Assembly (NCBI GenBank): GCA_043228905.1
Contig: JBHGNT010000015.1
Location: 3,906,001 to 3,970,000, forward strand
DNA from: Azolla caroliniana
Lineage: Eukaryota > Plantae > Polypodiophyta
Direction of reading: 5' to 3'
DNA length: 64,000 bases
In this document: one piece after another, positions 39,301 to 48,451 of the stretch
Layout of the letters: each line of letters opens with the position of its first letter
How positions within the stretch are numbered: position 1 is the first letter of the stretch
Position numbers and translations under genes: made by a program
Notes under the pieces: model-generated
What the model was told of the DNA's origin: nothing
Databases searched by the model: none
The model's input: only the letters and a program-made list of their open reading frames with translations

Positions 39301-41213
39301 GCATGTGTTAGAGTCGACAATGTTTCAGTTTGTGGTCAGATTGTGGGACACATTTTATGCTGATAGATCTTTAGGCTGTTCTAGTTAGTAACCAATCATG
39401 GCTCAAAGATCTCTTACTATTCATCTCATTGCTCAAATTGTTGTGGAGGAATTAAAACAGAAATGATGCCCCACTTCTGCATACTAATGCCTACCTTATT
39501 TTGCACCAACCATTATTCTAAATGTCACAAAGATGAATGCATAACAAATAAATGTATCATCCGTCAATTAATTGATGCTATGTGAAAGTAGCTTAAATGA
39601 TATGAAAACTATAACTTGTGGATGACCGTTGATGAACAGGTTCTTGGTGATATACTCGAGGCATTAGCTGGGGCTGTATTTGTCGATGGTGATTTTAATT
39701 TGGACCTGACATGGGAAATATTTGAGCCAATTTTGGAACCTGTGATTGCCAATAGAAAAAATAAGATTCATCCTGTACGTGAGCTTCTTGAACTATCCCA
39801 AAAATATGGGTTTCCCTTGGAAACTGATGTGTTTGGTGAAGGTATGGTGAATGTCACCTATACGATTAGAACCTCAAATATTGAAGTCATCACAGGAACT
39901 GCTGTAGCCAAGGATAAAATATCAGCTAAGAGGCATGCTGCTCTTGATTGTTTGAATAAGCTTAAGGTAACATTCTCCATCTTTTTCTGTATCTTTAAAC
40001 AATCTTGATAGTAATGTATGTATTGTGCTCATTGTAGGCCTTGAGTTACACTCATTTAAGCAATCGTCAAGCTAAATTAGCTAAACAAAATAGGGCAGCA
40101 AAAGCATTGTCACATGAATCGAGAACACAGCATAATGAAGTGTTCAATTCTGAAACTCTGACACGTTCTTGTGATGAAAGCGGCCAAAGAAGTACGTTAC
40201 CTTGCTCGTCAGAGCGTCAAAACGGAGTTTCTGAACACACAATTCAAACCATGGCAGAACTTAGTCTTCAAGAACCTTTAGACTTTCAGAGAGACATCGG
40301 ATCTGATATGGAAATAGAAGCAACAGCAACAGAAATAACAGCAAAAGCATCTGGCAAAGGTAGTACACAAGCAATCAAGGATGAAATAATAAGAACGGAG
40401 CATACTGCAACTGAGAGGCAACAAAAATCAAGAGCATTTGGCAATAACATTTTGCATTTGCCAAAGAGTGAAGTTATAAATATAACACCACCAGAGGACA
40501 TCGAATCAGCAAGGATGTTACAATCACAAACAATGGAGAGAGCAGCATGTGGAAATCACATGAATTCGTCTTTCTTACATGATGGTAAGAATAGGCAATT
40601 GCATCGGTAGTTTTTGCGGGTTTTCTTGGATGGGTTTTATACTAAGCCATGATGGTATTTGTGTTCAGGTACATCATTTGGCTTCTCACAGCAATATTTC
40701 CCCGGCCAGTCAATATCACAACTTCATGAGATTTGCTCGAAAAAAAGATGGCAGGTTCCATTCTACGAGTGCATCTGCGAAGAAGGGCCGCCACATGATA
40801 AACGGTAGGAATATGTTACGGGCAATGATGATTGCATATTTTGACTTGAAAGATATGTTAGTATGAAGCTGTAGAATTGGGTTGAGAATTGTAGATATGT
40901 TTATGTTCATTTAAAAACAATTTAAATATAAACATTATGCTATTAGGAGCACATTTTGTGAACCCTAAACATATCACATGTCACATGGCATAATTGAATG
41001 CATGCCTTGTTGTGAAGCCTAAAAATAAGTTTCTTAGATGTCTTTTTTTTGTTGGGTGAATGTTTTTCCAGGTTTACTTTCGATGTAAACTTACAGCTGT
41101 TAGATGTGGGTCTTGTGAAATGCTCAGGCGACCCTAAGAACAAAGTGAGTCTAGCCAAAGATTCTGCCGCAGCTGAGCTTTTGAGTTGGCTCCGATCTGA
41201 ACGATACATCTAA
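6796..41213 (+). CDS. DCL4: Dicer-like endoribonuclease, DCL4-type, 25 coding exons, about 1683 aa (DExH helicase, helicase C, DUF283/Dicer dimer, PAZ, RNase IIIa, RNase IIIb, 2 dsRBD)
   Basis: Manually spliced GT-AG exons: 6796-6869, 25764-25941, 26038-26151, 26233-26367, 26466-26541, 27793-27854, 27943-28083, 28184-28306, 28899-29031, 29115-29205, 30915-31089, 31192-31352, 31433-31654, 32031-32296, 32369-32634, 33890-34308, 34386-34483, 34579-34808, 34886-35095, 36847-37302, 37434-37703, 39640-39966, 40038-40584, 40669-40804, 41072-41213. Total 5052 nt with consistent phases, ending in TAA. Motifs: [82 protein letters not shown]4 subtype inferred from [34 protein letters not shown] and a second dsRBD after a long linker. 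Confidence 0.9.
7752..8065. repeat. ~160-175-bp tandem duplication in intron 1
   Basis: aaggattgggagaaagtgg.tattaaggtctatataatatca...gtagagttc.tgatc...ggggttatgaa occurs twice. Confidence 0.75.
8811..11999 (-). mobile_element. Ty1/Copia element A, internally deleted, TG..TA LTRs
   Basis: LTRs 11728-11999 (5') and 8811-9082 (3'), 272 bp, about 12 substitutions plus 2 indels; TSD CCATT; tRNAiMet PBS TGGTATCAGAGC; PPT; gag (10889-11563), protease DSGA, integrase fused to late RT (FIDDYS|MIDLGNA), RNase H; inserted into an AAACC-rich MITE remnant. Confidence 0.93.
12283..12558. repeat. (GAAAAA)n polypurine tract, about 275 bp
   Basis: Seen directly. Confidence 0.95.
12700..13106 (+). mobile_element. 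Solo LTR (407 bp) of a Tf1/Tcn1-like Gypsy family
   Basis: TGTCATGA...CTAACA; 5-bp TSD TTGGG on both sides; TATA cctataaata; CAATTCGAATCAAC shared with the LTR at 63174. Confidence 0.85.
12722..12787 (-). other. tRNA-shaped A-box/B-box cassette within LTR U3 (not a functional tRNA)
   Basis: Minus strand: TATCTTAATGG...GGTTTGAGGTTCAAGT..GACGCCA with tRNA spacing. Confidence 0.6.
13595..14389 (+). mobile_element. RTE-like LINE 3' fragment, copy 1 (degenerate)
   Basis: Homologous to copy 2; ends ggtcttataggccattttggc...atatctttctttc. Confidence 0.75.
14394..15290 (+). mobile_element. RTE-like LINE 3' fragment, copy 2
   Basis: ORF 14444-15043 [31 protein letters not shown] (non-LTR C-terminal CCHC finger); (TTTC)n tail. 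Confidence 0.8.
16150..17155 (+). mobile_element. RTE-like LINE fragment, copy 3; split by Copia B, resumes at 25130-25557
   Basis: Homology to copy 2 (ggatggatt, gagattgag, atgaaataagaggg, ggagacctctccat); family 3' terminus at about 25497-25557; 5' boundary approximate. Confidence 0.7.
16918..17155 (+). repeat. 238-bp direct repeat, left copy flanking Copia B
   Basis: Matches 25130-25367 with 8 substitutions. Confidence 0.9.
19879..24314 (-). mobile_element. Ty1/Copia element C, very recent, nested in the RT of B; lacks the RT C-half and RNase H
   Basis: 456-bp TG..CA LTRs 19879-20334 and 23859-24314 differing at 2 sites; TSD TCTTA; PBS TGGTATCAGAGC; gag-protease 22227-23627 ([19 protein letters not shown]); integrase and RT start 20557-22029. 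Confidence 0.95.
20411..20493. repeat. Compound (TA)n(GA)n microsatellite inside element C
   Basis: Seen directly. Confidence 0.95.
25130..25367 (+). repeat. 238-bp direct repeat, right copy flanking Copia B
   Basis: Matches 16918-17155. Confidence 0.9.
25764..25941 (+). CDS. DCL4: DCL exon 2 (helicase motif I, LETGCGKT)
   Basis: cag|A TAT CAA ATG ... CAG CAG|gtcag. Confidence 0.92.
26038..26151 (+). CDS. DCL4: DCL exon 3
   Basis: tag|[16 protein letters not shown]...[10 protein letters not shown]|gt, phase 0-0. Confidence 0.9.
26233..26367 (+). CDS. DCL4: DCL exon 4 (DECH box)
   Basis: VLVMTPQ...[20 protein letters not shown]. Confidence 0.92.
26466..26541 (+). CDS. DCL4: DCL exon 5 (GMTAS)
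   Basis: [21 protein letters not shown]|gtgag. Confidence 0.9.
27793..27854 (+). CDS. DCL4: DCL exon 6
   Basis: tgcag|..[11 protein letters not shown]|gta; phase fits both neighbours. Confidence 0.88.
27943..28083 (+). CDS. DCL4: DCL exon 7
   Basis: [17 protein letters not shown]...CKLK|gt. Confidence 0.87.
28184..28306 (+). CDS. DCL4: DCL exon 8
   Basis: EDCL...[15 protein letters not shown]|gtatg. Confidence 0.87.
28899..29031 (+). CDS. DCL4: DCL exon 9
   Basis: acag|AVIDAS...KQYSK G|gtaat; open frame, phase consistent. Confidence 0.8.
29115..29205 (+). CDS. DCL4: DCL exon 10
   Basis: ..[18 protein letters not shown]|gtcag. Confidence 0.87.
29875..30300 (-). mobile_element. GC-rich Gypsy-like pol fragment in intron 10
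   Basis: Abrupt GC shift; minus-strand ORF with [17 protein letters not shown], resembling a pre-RT motif of some Gypsy polyproteins (recognised from memory). Confidence 0.5.
30340..30690 (+). mobile_element. Gypsy/chromovirus RT fragment in intron 10
   Basis: [39 protein letters not shown]. Confidence 0.85.
30915..31089 (+). CDS. DCL4: DCL exon 11 (helicase C, CIIFVER)
   Basis: [15 protein letters not shown]...KFRSGQ|gtaagt. Confidence 0.92.
31192..31352 (+). CDS. DCL4: DCL exon 12 ([18 protein letters not shown])
   Basis: Helicase motifs V and VI. Confidence 0.92.
31433..31654 (+). CDS. DCL4: DCL exon 13 (start of DUF283)
   Basis: [26 protein letters not shown]|gtaag. Confidence 0.9.
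32031..32296 (+). CDS. DCL4: DCL exon 14 (DUF283/Dicer dimer)
   Basis: FYSPKP...LPSNA...[22 protein letters not shown]; donor gtgggt at 32297 chosen for phase. Confidence 0.85.
32369..32634 (+). CDS. DCL4: DCL exon 15
   Basis: [10 protein letters not shown]...YTSFALLL...LDNEQ|gtaat. Confidence 0.85.
33890..34308 (+). CDS. DCL4: DCL exon 16 (platform/PAZ)
   Basis: [26 protein letters not shown]|gtgag. Confidence 0.9.
34386..34483 (+). CDS. DCL4: DCL exon 17 (PAZ, QPLL)
   Basis: ttcag|..[19 protein letters not shown]. Confidence 0.87.
34579..34808 (+). CDS. DCL4: DCL exon 18 (connector helix)
   Basis: VELPAEIC...[19 protein letters not shown]. Confidence 0.9.
34886..35095 (+). CDS. DCL4: DCL exon 19 (RNase IIIa signature)
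   Basis: [26 protein letters not shown]; AAG acceptor. Confidence 0.92.
36320..36380. repeat. (TA)~30 microsatellite in intron 19
   Basis: Seen directly. Confidence 0.95.
36847..37302 (+). CDS. DCL4: DCL exon 20 (RNase IIIa end, IIIb start)
   Basis: [35 protein letters not shown]. Confidence 0.92.
37434..37703 (+). CDS. DCL4: DCL exon 21 (RNase IIIb signature)
   Basis: [27 protein letters not shown]|gtaag. Confidence 0.92.
37835..38900 (-). mobile_element. RTE-like LINE 3' fragment, copy 4, antisense in intron 21
   Basis: Reverse complement of copy 2 ([23 protein letters not shown]); (GAAA)n tail at 37835; may extend towards 39500. Confidence 0.8.
39640..39966 (+). CDS. DCL4: DCL exon 22 (RNase IIIb end and dsRBD1)
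   Basis: [31 protein letters not shown]. Confidence 0.92.
40038..40584 (+). CDS. DCL4: DCL exon 23 (long low-complexity inter-dsRBD linker)
   Basis: tag|GCC TTG AGT TAC; open frame to GAT G|gtaag. Confidence 0.83.
40669..40804 (+). CDS. DCL4: DCL exon 24 (dsRBD2 N-part)
   Basis: [31 protein letters not shown]|gtag. Confidence 0.9.
41072..41213 (+). CDS. DCL4: DCL exon 25 (dsRBD2 C-part, stop)
   Basis: [36 protein letters not shown]. Confidence 0.9.
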
Positions 41214-42399
41214 TCTAATATATCGCCGGTTCGGTCCACATGTGTATCATGTATTCCCTCCTTGTACATAAAAGCGCTATCGTGAAGTTGTAACTCTTTC
41301 ACGGAAATATTATAAATTTCTTACATTCTCTCAAATATCATTTCTGAGCTTATTTCGTTATCTTTCATCTTTCTTTACTACGTTTACTCTTTCCGTCTCT
41401 TCTGTCTAAAATCCCACTTATTCCTTTCATCTTTCTTTACTACGTCTACTCTTTCTGTCTCTTCCTTTACTTTTATGTTATATTCTGTTCGAGCAATGCC
41501 ACAACAATTCAAACCCCAGCAAAGCATTTGCTCGATTGTACAACCCATGCGCATTGCGTAACAATGTAATGTATTTGTCCTTGACTAAGAGCACAAACAT
41601 CGTGGCTCGCCTTGTTTTATATTTTTCCTTGACATCAAAACATGTGTATATATCATCACTTGTTAAGATGTTTTGCATTGATATCATAAATAATTGTGTG
41701 ATGCCTTTGAAGATCTTTATTATAAGTTCCTAATAAATAGAATACCTTTGTATGAACATTCCAAGCTATGCATAATCCATCTGAATTAGTTGATCATATA
41801 ATTGAAACATCCTGTGTACGTCTAAAGTTTTCATGAAAAATGCCATTTAGAGGTTTTCAACCATGGAAGAGTCAATGCATTTGGATTGTTTAGATTAAAA
41901 TTTGCATTGAAGATTGTTAAAATATTCTTGTAATGAAGCCAAAAATAAATATAGCATTAATAGTGTTATTAATTTGTGTATTGCAGGTAGAGGCTTATGC
42001 TTTTTAAAACTTCTTTCTTTCATATGATACCTTTATCTAAAGCCCATAATGTCACACAATATATTATTCTAAATTTGATTAGAGTAGAAATCTGAGATGT
42101 TTAAGAAGTATGGAAAACTTAACCTAACTTGATATACCTAACTGGTAAATTGTGTGCCATATAGTTCATAAACAACTAAATATTATGCCAACTTAATAGT
42201 ACATTCAAGGAAGAAACTTGGCTAAGCGGTGAATGCTATGAGAACATGCAACTCCCTATGGGCGCCCCAAGGTTCCCCACATTTTGCCTCTCAATATCAT
42301 GTTGGTGCTTTTTTCTCTAGAAGGGGTGTTGGGGAAAAGTTGTGGTTGGGCATTGAATGTGTATGATACGTAGAACAAGTAAAAGTTATTTGCCTGTAG

Positions 42400-43680
42400 G
42401 CTTACAATGTAATGTATGTACACCTAAACTTGTACATACAAAAACAACTTATATAGGGTTGTTGAGCCTTAAACGATACATTAACATGTTGGTTTTATAT
42501 CAAGAAAGGGTCCATGGAAGATGATAATTCCATTGAGGTCTTTGGTTTGTCATTACAAAGAGAGGCACCTTCCTCCATAAGTGAAGAAGCTTCATCCTTC
42601 TTTTATGAATATTTTCTGGAGAACCAGACATGTTATCATACTGCCCACGAACTACTGTCAACAATGTTTCCCATATCTCAAGCAATATCTCTGGAATGCC
42701 AAGCTTTGCGGCATCGTAAAGTCGACTGCATCTACATTTCCATAATACCCATAATGTTATCGTAGTCACAGTTTTCCAGATTTGGACAGATCGCATTTGC
42801 TTTCGAGGTTGCTGAAAAGGACTAACTGATATCAATCTTTTGTTATATGCCGTCATGGCCTCTTGTATATCATTTGCCTCATACAACATCAGGCTGGAGT
42901 GTAATATTCCCCACACTGCTGCTCCCCATGAGAACAAGCAACCAACATTGATTGTTAGGAATAAAGAAAGAACTTTATTCCATACTGTTGAGCCAAGGAA
43001 CAAGACCAGAGGGCATGCTTAGTAGTCTCCGGCGTTTCATAGCAAAATCCACATTGCCTGAGATCATGTGCTACATTCCCTTTTAACGTCTGGCCAATTG
43101 GTAATGCAACATGCACTAATAGCCATCTAAAAAGAATAAATTTAGAAGGCCCCTTGAAAGACCATATCCATCTCCATTATGTTTTCAACTGCAATATTGA
43201 AACACCCCAGTTAGTCCAATGTTTTTGTGCTGCTGGCGCCATTACATTCATAGACCTTAGTAATGACCTAGAACCTTTATGATATGTTCCCCCAAGGAAT
43301 ATGTCTAGAACCAGCCCCCCGGATCCCATAGTAGTCTTGCAACAGGTTCTTTTGCATACAACCACATCATATCACACATATGAGCAATAGAAGGATAAAG
43401 ACCCAACAACCACTTCTTTCCCATTTTTGCAATCACTCTGACAGGTGCATTCCACACATGCTGAAAGTAGCTGCAGTCAAAAGCATGAGGTTGCATTCTA
43501 TTGTTATCAAGAACCTCAAAATAAGAGATGCACCCATTAGGTTTGGATGCTTCATAAATGATATATTAGTCAATATCTATTTGTTGACCATGAGTGCAGG
43601 ATGGTTACATTGTTGTGGCAATACTTGCACACAAGTAATGCCACAATTGTAGCCACATTTGCGCCACCCCACCACTCTCT
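42400..43680 (-). mobile_element. Degenerate L1-type LINE ORF2 3' portion
   Basis: WIWSFKGPSKFILFRWLLVHVALPIG..CGFC..ETTKHALWSC; IWKTVTTITLWVLWKCRC. Confidence 0.7.
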
Positions 43681-44599
43681 CTTTTGAGTGCAAGGTTAAC
43701 TACAATATGGATCATTTTGTGAGAGCTATCAAGAGAAAATGTCGATTTTGATCATTCTTACTTGCATCACTCGCCATCAAGTGTTTTGTTAAGACCTTTA
43801 ACTCTTGGTGTCCTCTCTATCAAGCTTGGGCATATATTGAAGGTTATGTATGAGGCAAAAGCTTTGCCAATAGTCCATTACATGGAGGAAAACTTTTAAA
43901 CTTGAAAAATAATTCTTAAAAGGCAACATAAAATGAAGCACAACTTTGTACGTCATTATTGCTTATGTATTCACGATATAGTCTTGTTGTTTGAAATTTT
44001 AAATTTGAAGTGTACAACCATGATATTCTACATCTAAAGCTTGTGTTTTGAAGCCTTAAGACTCTAGGTACAAAGTTCAATAAATGGGCTTGATGTTTAA
44101 GCCATCATAAAAATCTTTATTGTTTCAAGTTTAAGATAGATAATGTTAATCTATCCATGCTCTCAAAAATGGATTTACAACTATTTGGTTCTAAAGGCAA
44201 TGCTATAAAGTATTGCTCACAATCATGCTATGAACAAATAATGCAAATCCCTTCTTACTCTTTGATGATCATAAATGTAGCATGATTTTGCACCTCACTA
44301 TAGTTATACATGAAAAATCCTCTCATTGGAACTTACTAGCAATCATCAAATTGACAGTCAAACAATGGAACTTATTGTTCAATGCATGTGGTTTTGTTGT
44401 CATTGCTCATGTAATTAGAAAAATGAGGTCCCGACTTGACCTCATATGTCCTCTGCTTGTATGATTTCCCTCTAAAGCACTCAACTTGATCACCTTGACA
44501 CTACATGAAGCATCTTAAGGGGTGCCTCCATTGCATCACCATCCACACTTACATATACCACAAAGGTGGACCTCTAAAGGATGACTCCTAAACCACACA

Positions 44600-45070
44600 A
44601 GATATTTTGTCCTCTCATTTTTTGTCTCTAGTTGTTGGCTTGATGGTTTAGATTGTTTCACCTATGTGACAACACTAATAAAGTAAAACCTCAATCTTTC
44701 CATGCTCATCATAATGAAGAGATGGTATACCCATAAAACGGATTTGATGAATGTCTTCCATGAAGAGAAGTTTTTGGGAAAAATGTGTGTGGCATAACCA
44801 CCCACATTCAAGTAGGAGTTCCAAATATGCATTGTTTTTTGGTTGAAGAAGCCTTTATTAAATCTCAAGCAAGCTTAGGTTCTTGAAGATCAAATAGTAC
44901 TTGTGTAACATCAACTTTTGCATGTCCAAGGTAGACAACTCACTCTATGTGCAATCTTACACTCATGGTATTGAATTCACCCTCTTGTATGTTGATAACT
45001 ATGAATTGGAGGTGAAAAATATTTGATGATTCATTACTTTCATGGCATCAAGGTCATACTCATATCTCAT
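44600..45070 (+). mobile_element. Highly decayed Copia RT remnant
   Basis: Traces such as aagccttt..tctcaagcaagc (LYGLKQA-like), gacaactcactctat and ttgtatgttgat (YVD-like). Confidence 0.4.
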
Positions 45071-45462
45071 GAAATCTTGCACTTCCAACAACATTACACC
45101 TTGAATTTAATGTTTAGATTTTGCATAAAGAATTTGTAAGTCAACCTCAATATCATGAGGTTGCAAGTTGATTTTGGCTCCATTATTCATTGCGTAGCAC
45201 AATACTGACAACTAGTTTGTAGCCTTATCTACATAGTAATCAATTGCCCCAATCGTAATTACATTAGGCAAGTATAGAGTTTCAAATATTATGGTTTTGA
45301 AGTTGTATGGCTCGAGAAAACCCTCAAAGAATTTAGAATTCTTATTGATGGCCTAGTGCAACTCTTTTGCTAAAACTCTACTTCTAACTAATGTGAAAAC
45401 TCGTGTTTCATGCACAAATTTGTGGTAATGCGGGTTTTGATATATATATATATATGCAAAAA

Positions 45463-47501
45463 TGTAAGGACCTGTAAGTAGATGTGGACAACAAACAACA
45501 CAGATATGTAGCACAAGAAGAAACAGTAGATCGACAGAGATTGGAGTTTTAATGGAAGTTCTTTTTATTCTGTAACTCTCTCTCTCTACAAGACTCAAGA
45601 TACAATATTATTGTGTTACAACGTTAGGTTAGAGCTTATATACTCAACCCCTAACTATTGGACGTGTTCACACTCATATGGATACAAGGTGGAAGGAGTC
45701 GACCTTTTATGCCAACAAACTCCCTCGTAAAAGGGCTAATATTTCTATACACAATTGTATGGGGTTATCTCTCCCTTAAACATAGATTATTTCAATCTAA
45801 AGTTATGATTACAAGTCCTACGGTGCATAGCCGAGTCGACGAAGATAGAACCAATATCTAGCCTGATTCGGCTTAGTCATTCAGATCAGTTTGTTCGAGT
45901 CGGCCAGTCTTTGAATTACCTTCTACTCCTCGCTCGACGTTCTTTGGCTCAGTTGCTTGTCGTAGTTCCATTCTTGTCCTTAGTGCTTTGAAGTGTTATT
46001 CTGGGAGTGGCTTCGTTAGGCCATTGACGATGTTCACCTCGGTGTCGATCTTTTGGATTTCAACCGCCTTCTTTGTCATGAGCTCCCGGACATGATGAAA
46101 CTGCACCTCAATGTGTTCTGTCTTCGCGTGATAGACTGGGTTCCGAATTAGGTGTATTGCGCTTTGTGAGTCGCAATAGATGGTCGGCGCTGGGTGGTCG
46201 ATTCGACTTGTAATTGAGAAGTCGGCTGACAGTCGGTGCAGCTAGATTGCTTCCTTCGCTATCTTTGATGCTGCCACTTGGCTTCTGTGGTAGACAGGGT
46301 TGTGCACTCTTGCAGCTTTGACCTCCATGATATATCGCCGCCTCCATAGGTGAAAACGTAGCCTAATGCTGACTTCCGATTGTCCAAATTCCCGGCATAG
46401 TCTGAGTCGATATAGCCTTCGACTTCAGTCGGGTTTGCCGATCCGAAAGTTAGTTGTGCATCTTTGGTCCCTTTTAGGTACCTGAAGATGTGCTTGACGG
46501 CCTCCCAATGCTTTTGTCCTGGGTTCAATATGTACCAGATGACGACCCCTACGACATATGCAAGATCGGGTTTGCCGATCCGAAAGTTAACTGTGCATCT
46601 TTGGTCCCTTTTAGGTACCTGAAGATGTGCTTGACGGCCTCCCAATGCCTTTGTCCTGGGTTCGACATGTACCAGATGATGACCCCTACAACATATGCAA
46701 GATCAGGTCGGGTCACCAACATCGCGTACATGATACTTCCTATAGCCGATGCATATGCTATCTTTCCCTTGAGCTCTCTCTCCTTATCCGGTAGAGAAGA
46801 GTCTTTGTTCGATAGTGAAATGTGGTGTTGGTGCTGGCTTCACATTCTCCATATTGAAGCGCCTCAACACCTTTTGGATGTAGTAAGACAGAGAGAGTCA
46901 GAGAGTTTTTATCATCTGATTTTGCTCGATCCTCATGCCCAATATGTGTCGGGCTTGTCCGAGTTCCTTCATCGTGAACTTTTCATGAAGGCTCTACTTT
47001 AACTTTCCGATTTCGCCTTGATTGCTCCCAACAATAAGCATGTCGTCAACATATAAGATCAGATAGATCCGGGACTTGTCGGCCAGTTGCCGAGTATATA
47101 AACATGGGTCGGAGTCGGATCAATGGTATCAAAGGTGCTGAATGTAGGAGTCGAACTTCTCGTACCACATCCTCATCGCTTGTTTTAAGCCATAGAGGCT
47201 TTTTTTCAATCAACATACGAGGTGACTTTCCTCCCCCGTCGCCAAGAAGCCTGCTAGTTGGGACATGTAAATGTCCTCTTCCAAGTCTCCATGTAAGAAT
47301 GTTGTTTTGACATCCAGTTGCTTGAGTTGTAGGTTCTCTATCGCCACGACCCCGAGTAGGAGCTGAAGGGTGGTCACCTTGACTATTGGGGAGAAGATCT
47401 CATCGTAGTCCACCCCGTATTCTTGCTTGAATCCCTTCGGGATGAGCCAAGCTTTGTATTTGGGCTTCTTTGAATCGGATACATATTTGTATTGAAAAAC
47501 C
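45463..47501 (-). mobile_element. Truncated Copia: 3' LTR plus RT/RNase H
   Basis: LTR 45463-45717 (TGTAAG..CAACA) with adjacent PPT; VDYDEIFSP, FLHGDLEE, YVDD, HWEAVKHIFRYLKGT, LSTTEA; ~140-bp internal tandem duplication at 46425-46706. Confidence 0.85.
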
Positions 47502-47933
47502 TGTCAAAGTTAATATGCAGAAGCTTTGACAAACCGGTTTATCTGGATAGCAACGGAAAACAGAGACAAGGTTTAATGGAAAGCTAGAATATAGGGGAGA
47601 GACAGATAGAGTAGAACATCATAAACTGAATTCAAATAATAACACTCTGTACATACAATTGCTCAGTGAGCACTGTTATACAAGTCCATAAAGGATTGCC
47701 AGAAGTATTGACAAGTATTTCAATGCTCATACGAGCGATTGACACAGACTCCAAAAAATATGCCTACGTATTAGGCTAGATTCGTAGGCCTCTAACGGCC
47801 TACCGGTTATAATCCGATCTGGCTCCTAGTTCCGGATACCATCCGGACACTGATCCAATTCTTCGTTCCAGACTCCGATCCAGCTCTAGCTTGTTCAGCC
47901 GATCCGGATCCGGTTGAGCTTGTTCGCTCAACA
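47502..47933 (-). mobile_element. LTR (about 432 bp) with adjacent PPT, truncating the previous Copia
   Basis: TGTCAA...CAACA followed by ttccccctcaag (PPT on the minus strand). Confidence 0.6.
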
Positions 47934-47988
47934 TTCCCCCTCAAGCTTAACTTGAGGTCGGATCGCAGTGTTAGTGTATGTGGTAGCC

Positions 47989-48451
47989 TGTTATGGGCAT
48001 CACCATATTATATCCCGCGGTGAGAATTTACCGTAGTATTCTATACACGTGGATAAGTGTGAGGGTTAAATGAGAGTGTAAAGAAGGGGATGATTACTTT
48101 TAATCCTCGGGATTGAGACAACCCGTTAGGCCAAGTGTGAACTTGCCTGGGGGCCTTGGGTATTGCTATAAATATGAGGCCTAGCTACCCTCATTCCATC
48201 ATACCTTGACTACGTTGAGACTCTGTTTCGTGGTTGGTCAACTCTTGTAGTGAGCGTGCCAGCACCAGGTACGACTCGATGCCACGATGGTGGTATGGGA
48301 CGCCGATCGAGGCTCGAGTCTGTTCCGATCCCTTCGCTCGGGGGTGGTCGGGTGGATCGACACCCTTCTTTCTCTCTCTCTCCTTTCTATCTATATATCT
48401 TTTATCCTTATCATATGCTTACTTTAGATCATAACCAGTTAGTATCAAAGC
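47989..48451 (+). mobile_element. 5' LTR with degenerate tRNAiMet PBS; non-coding internal region follows
   Basis: TGTTATG...CATAAC termini; TATA gctataaata; TAGTATCAAAGC. Confidence 0.6.
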
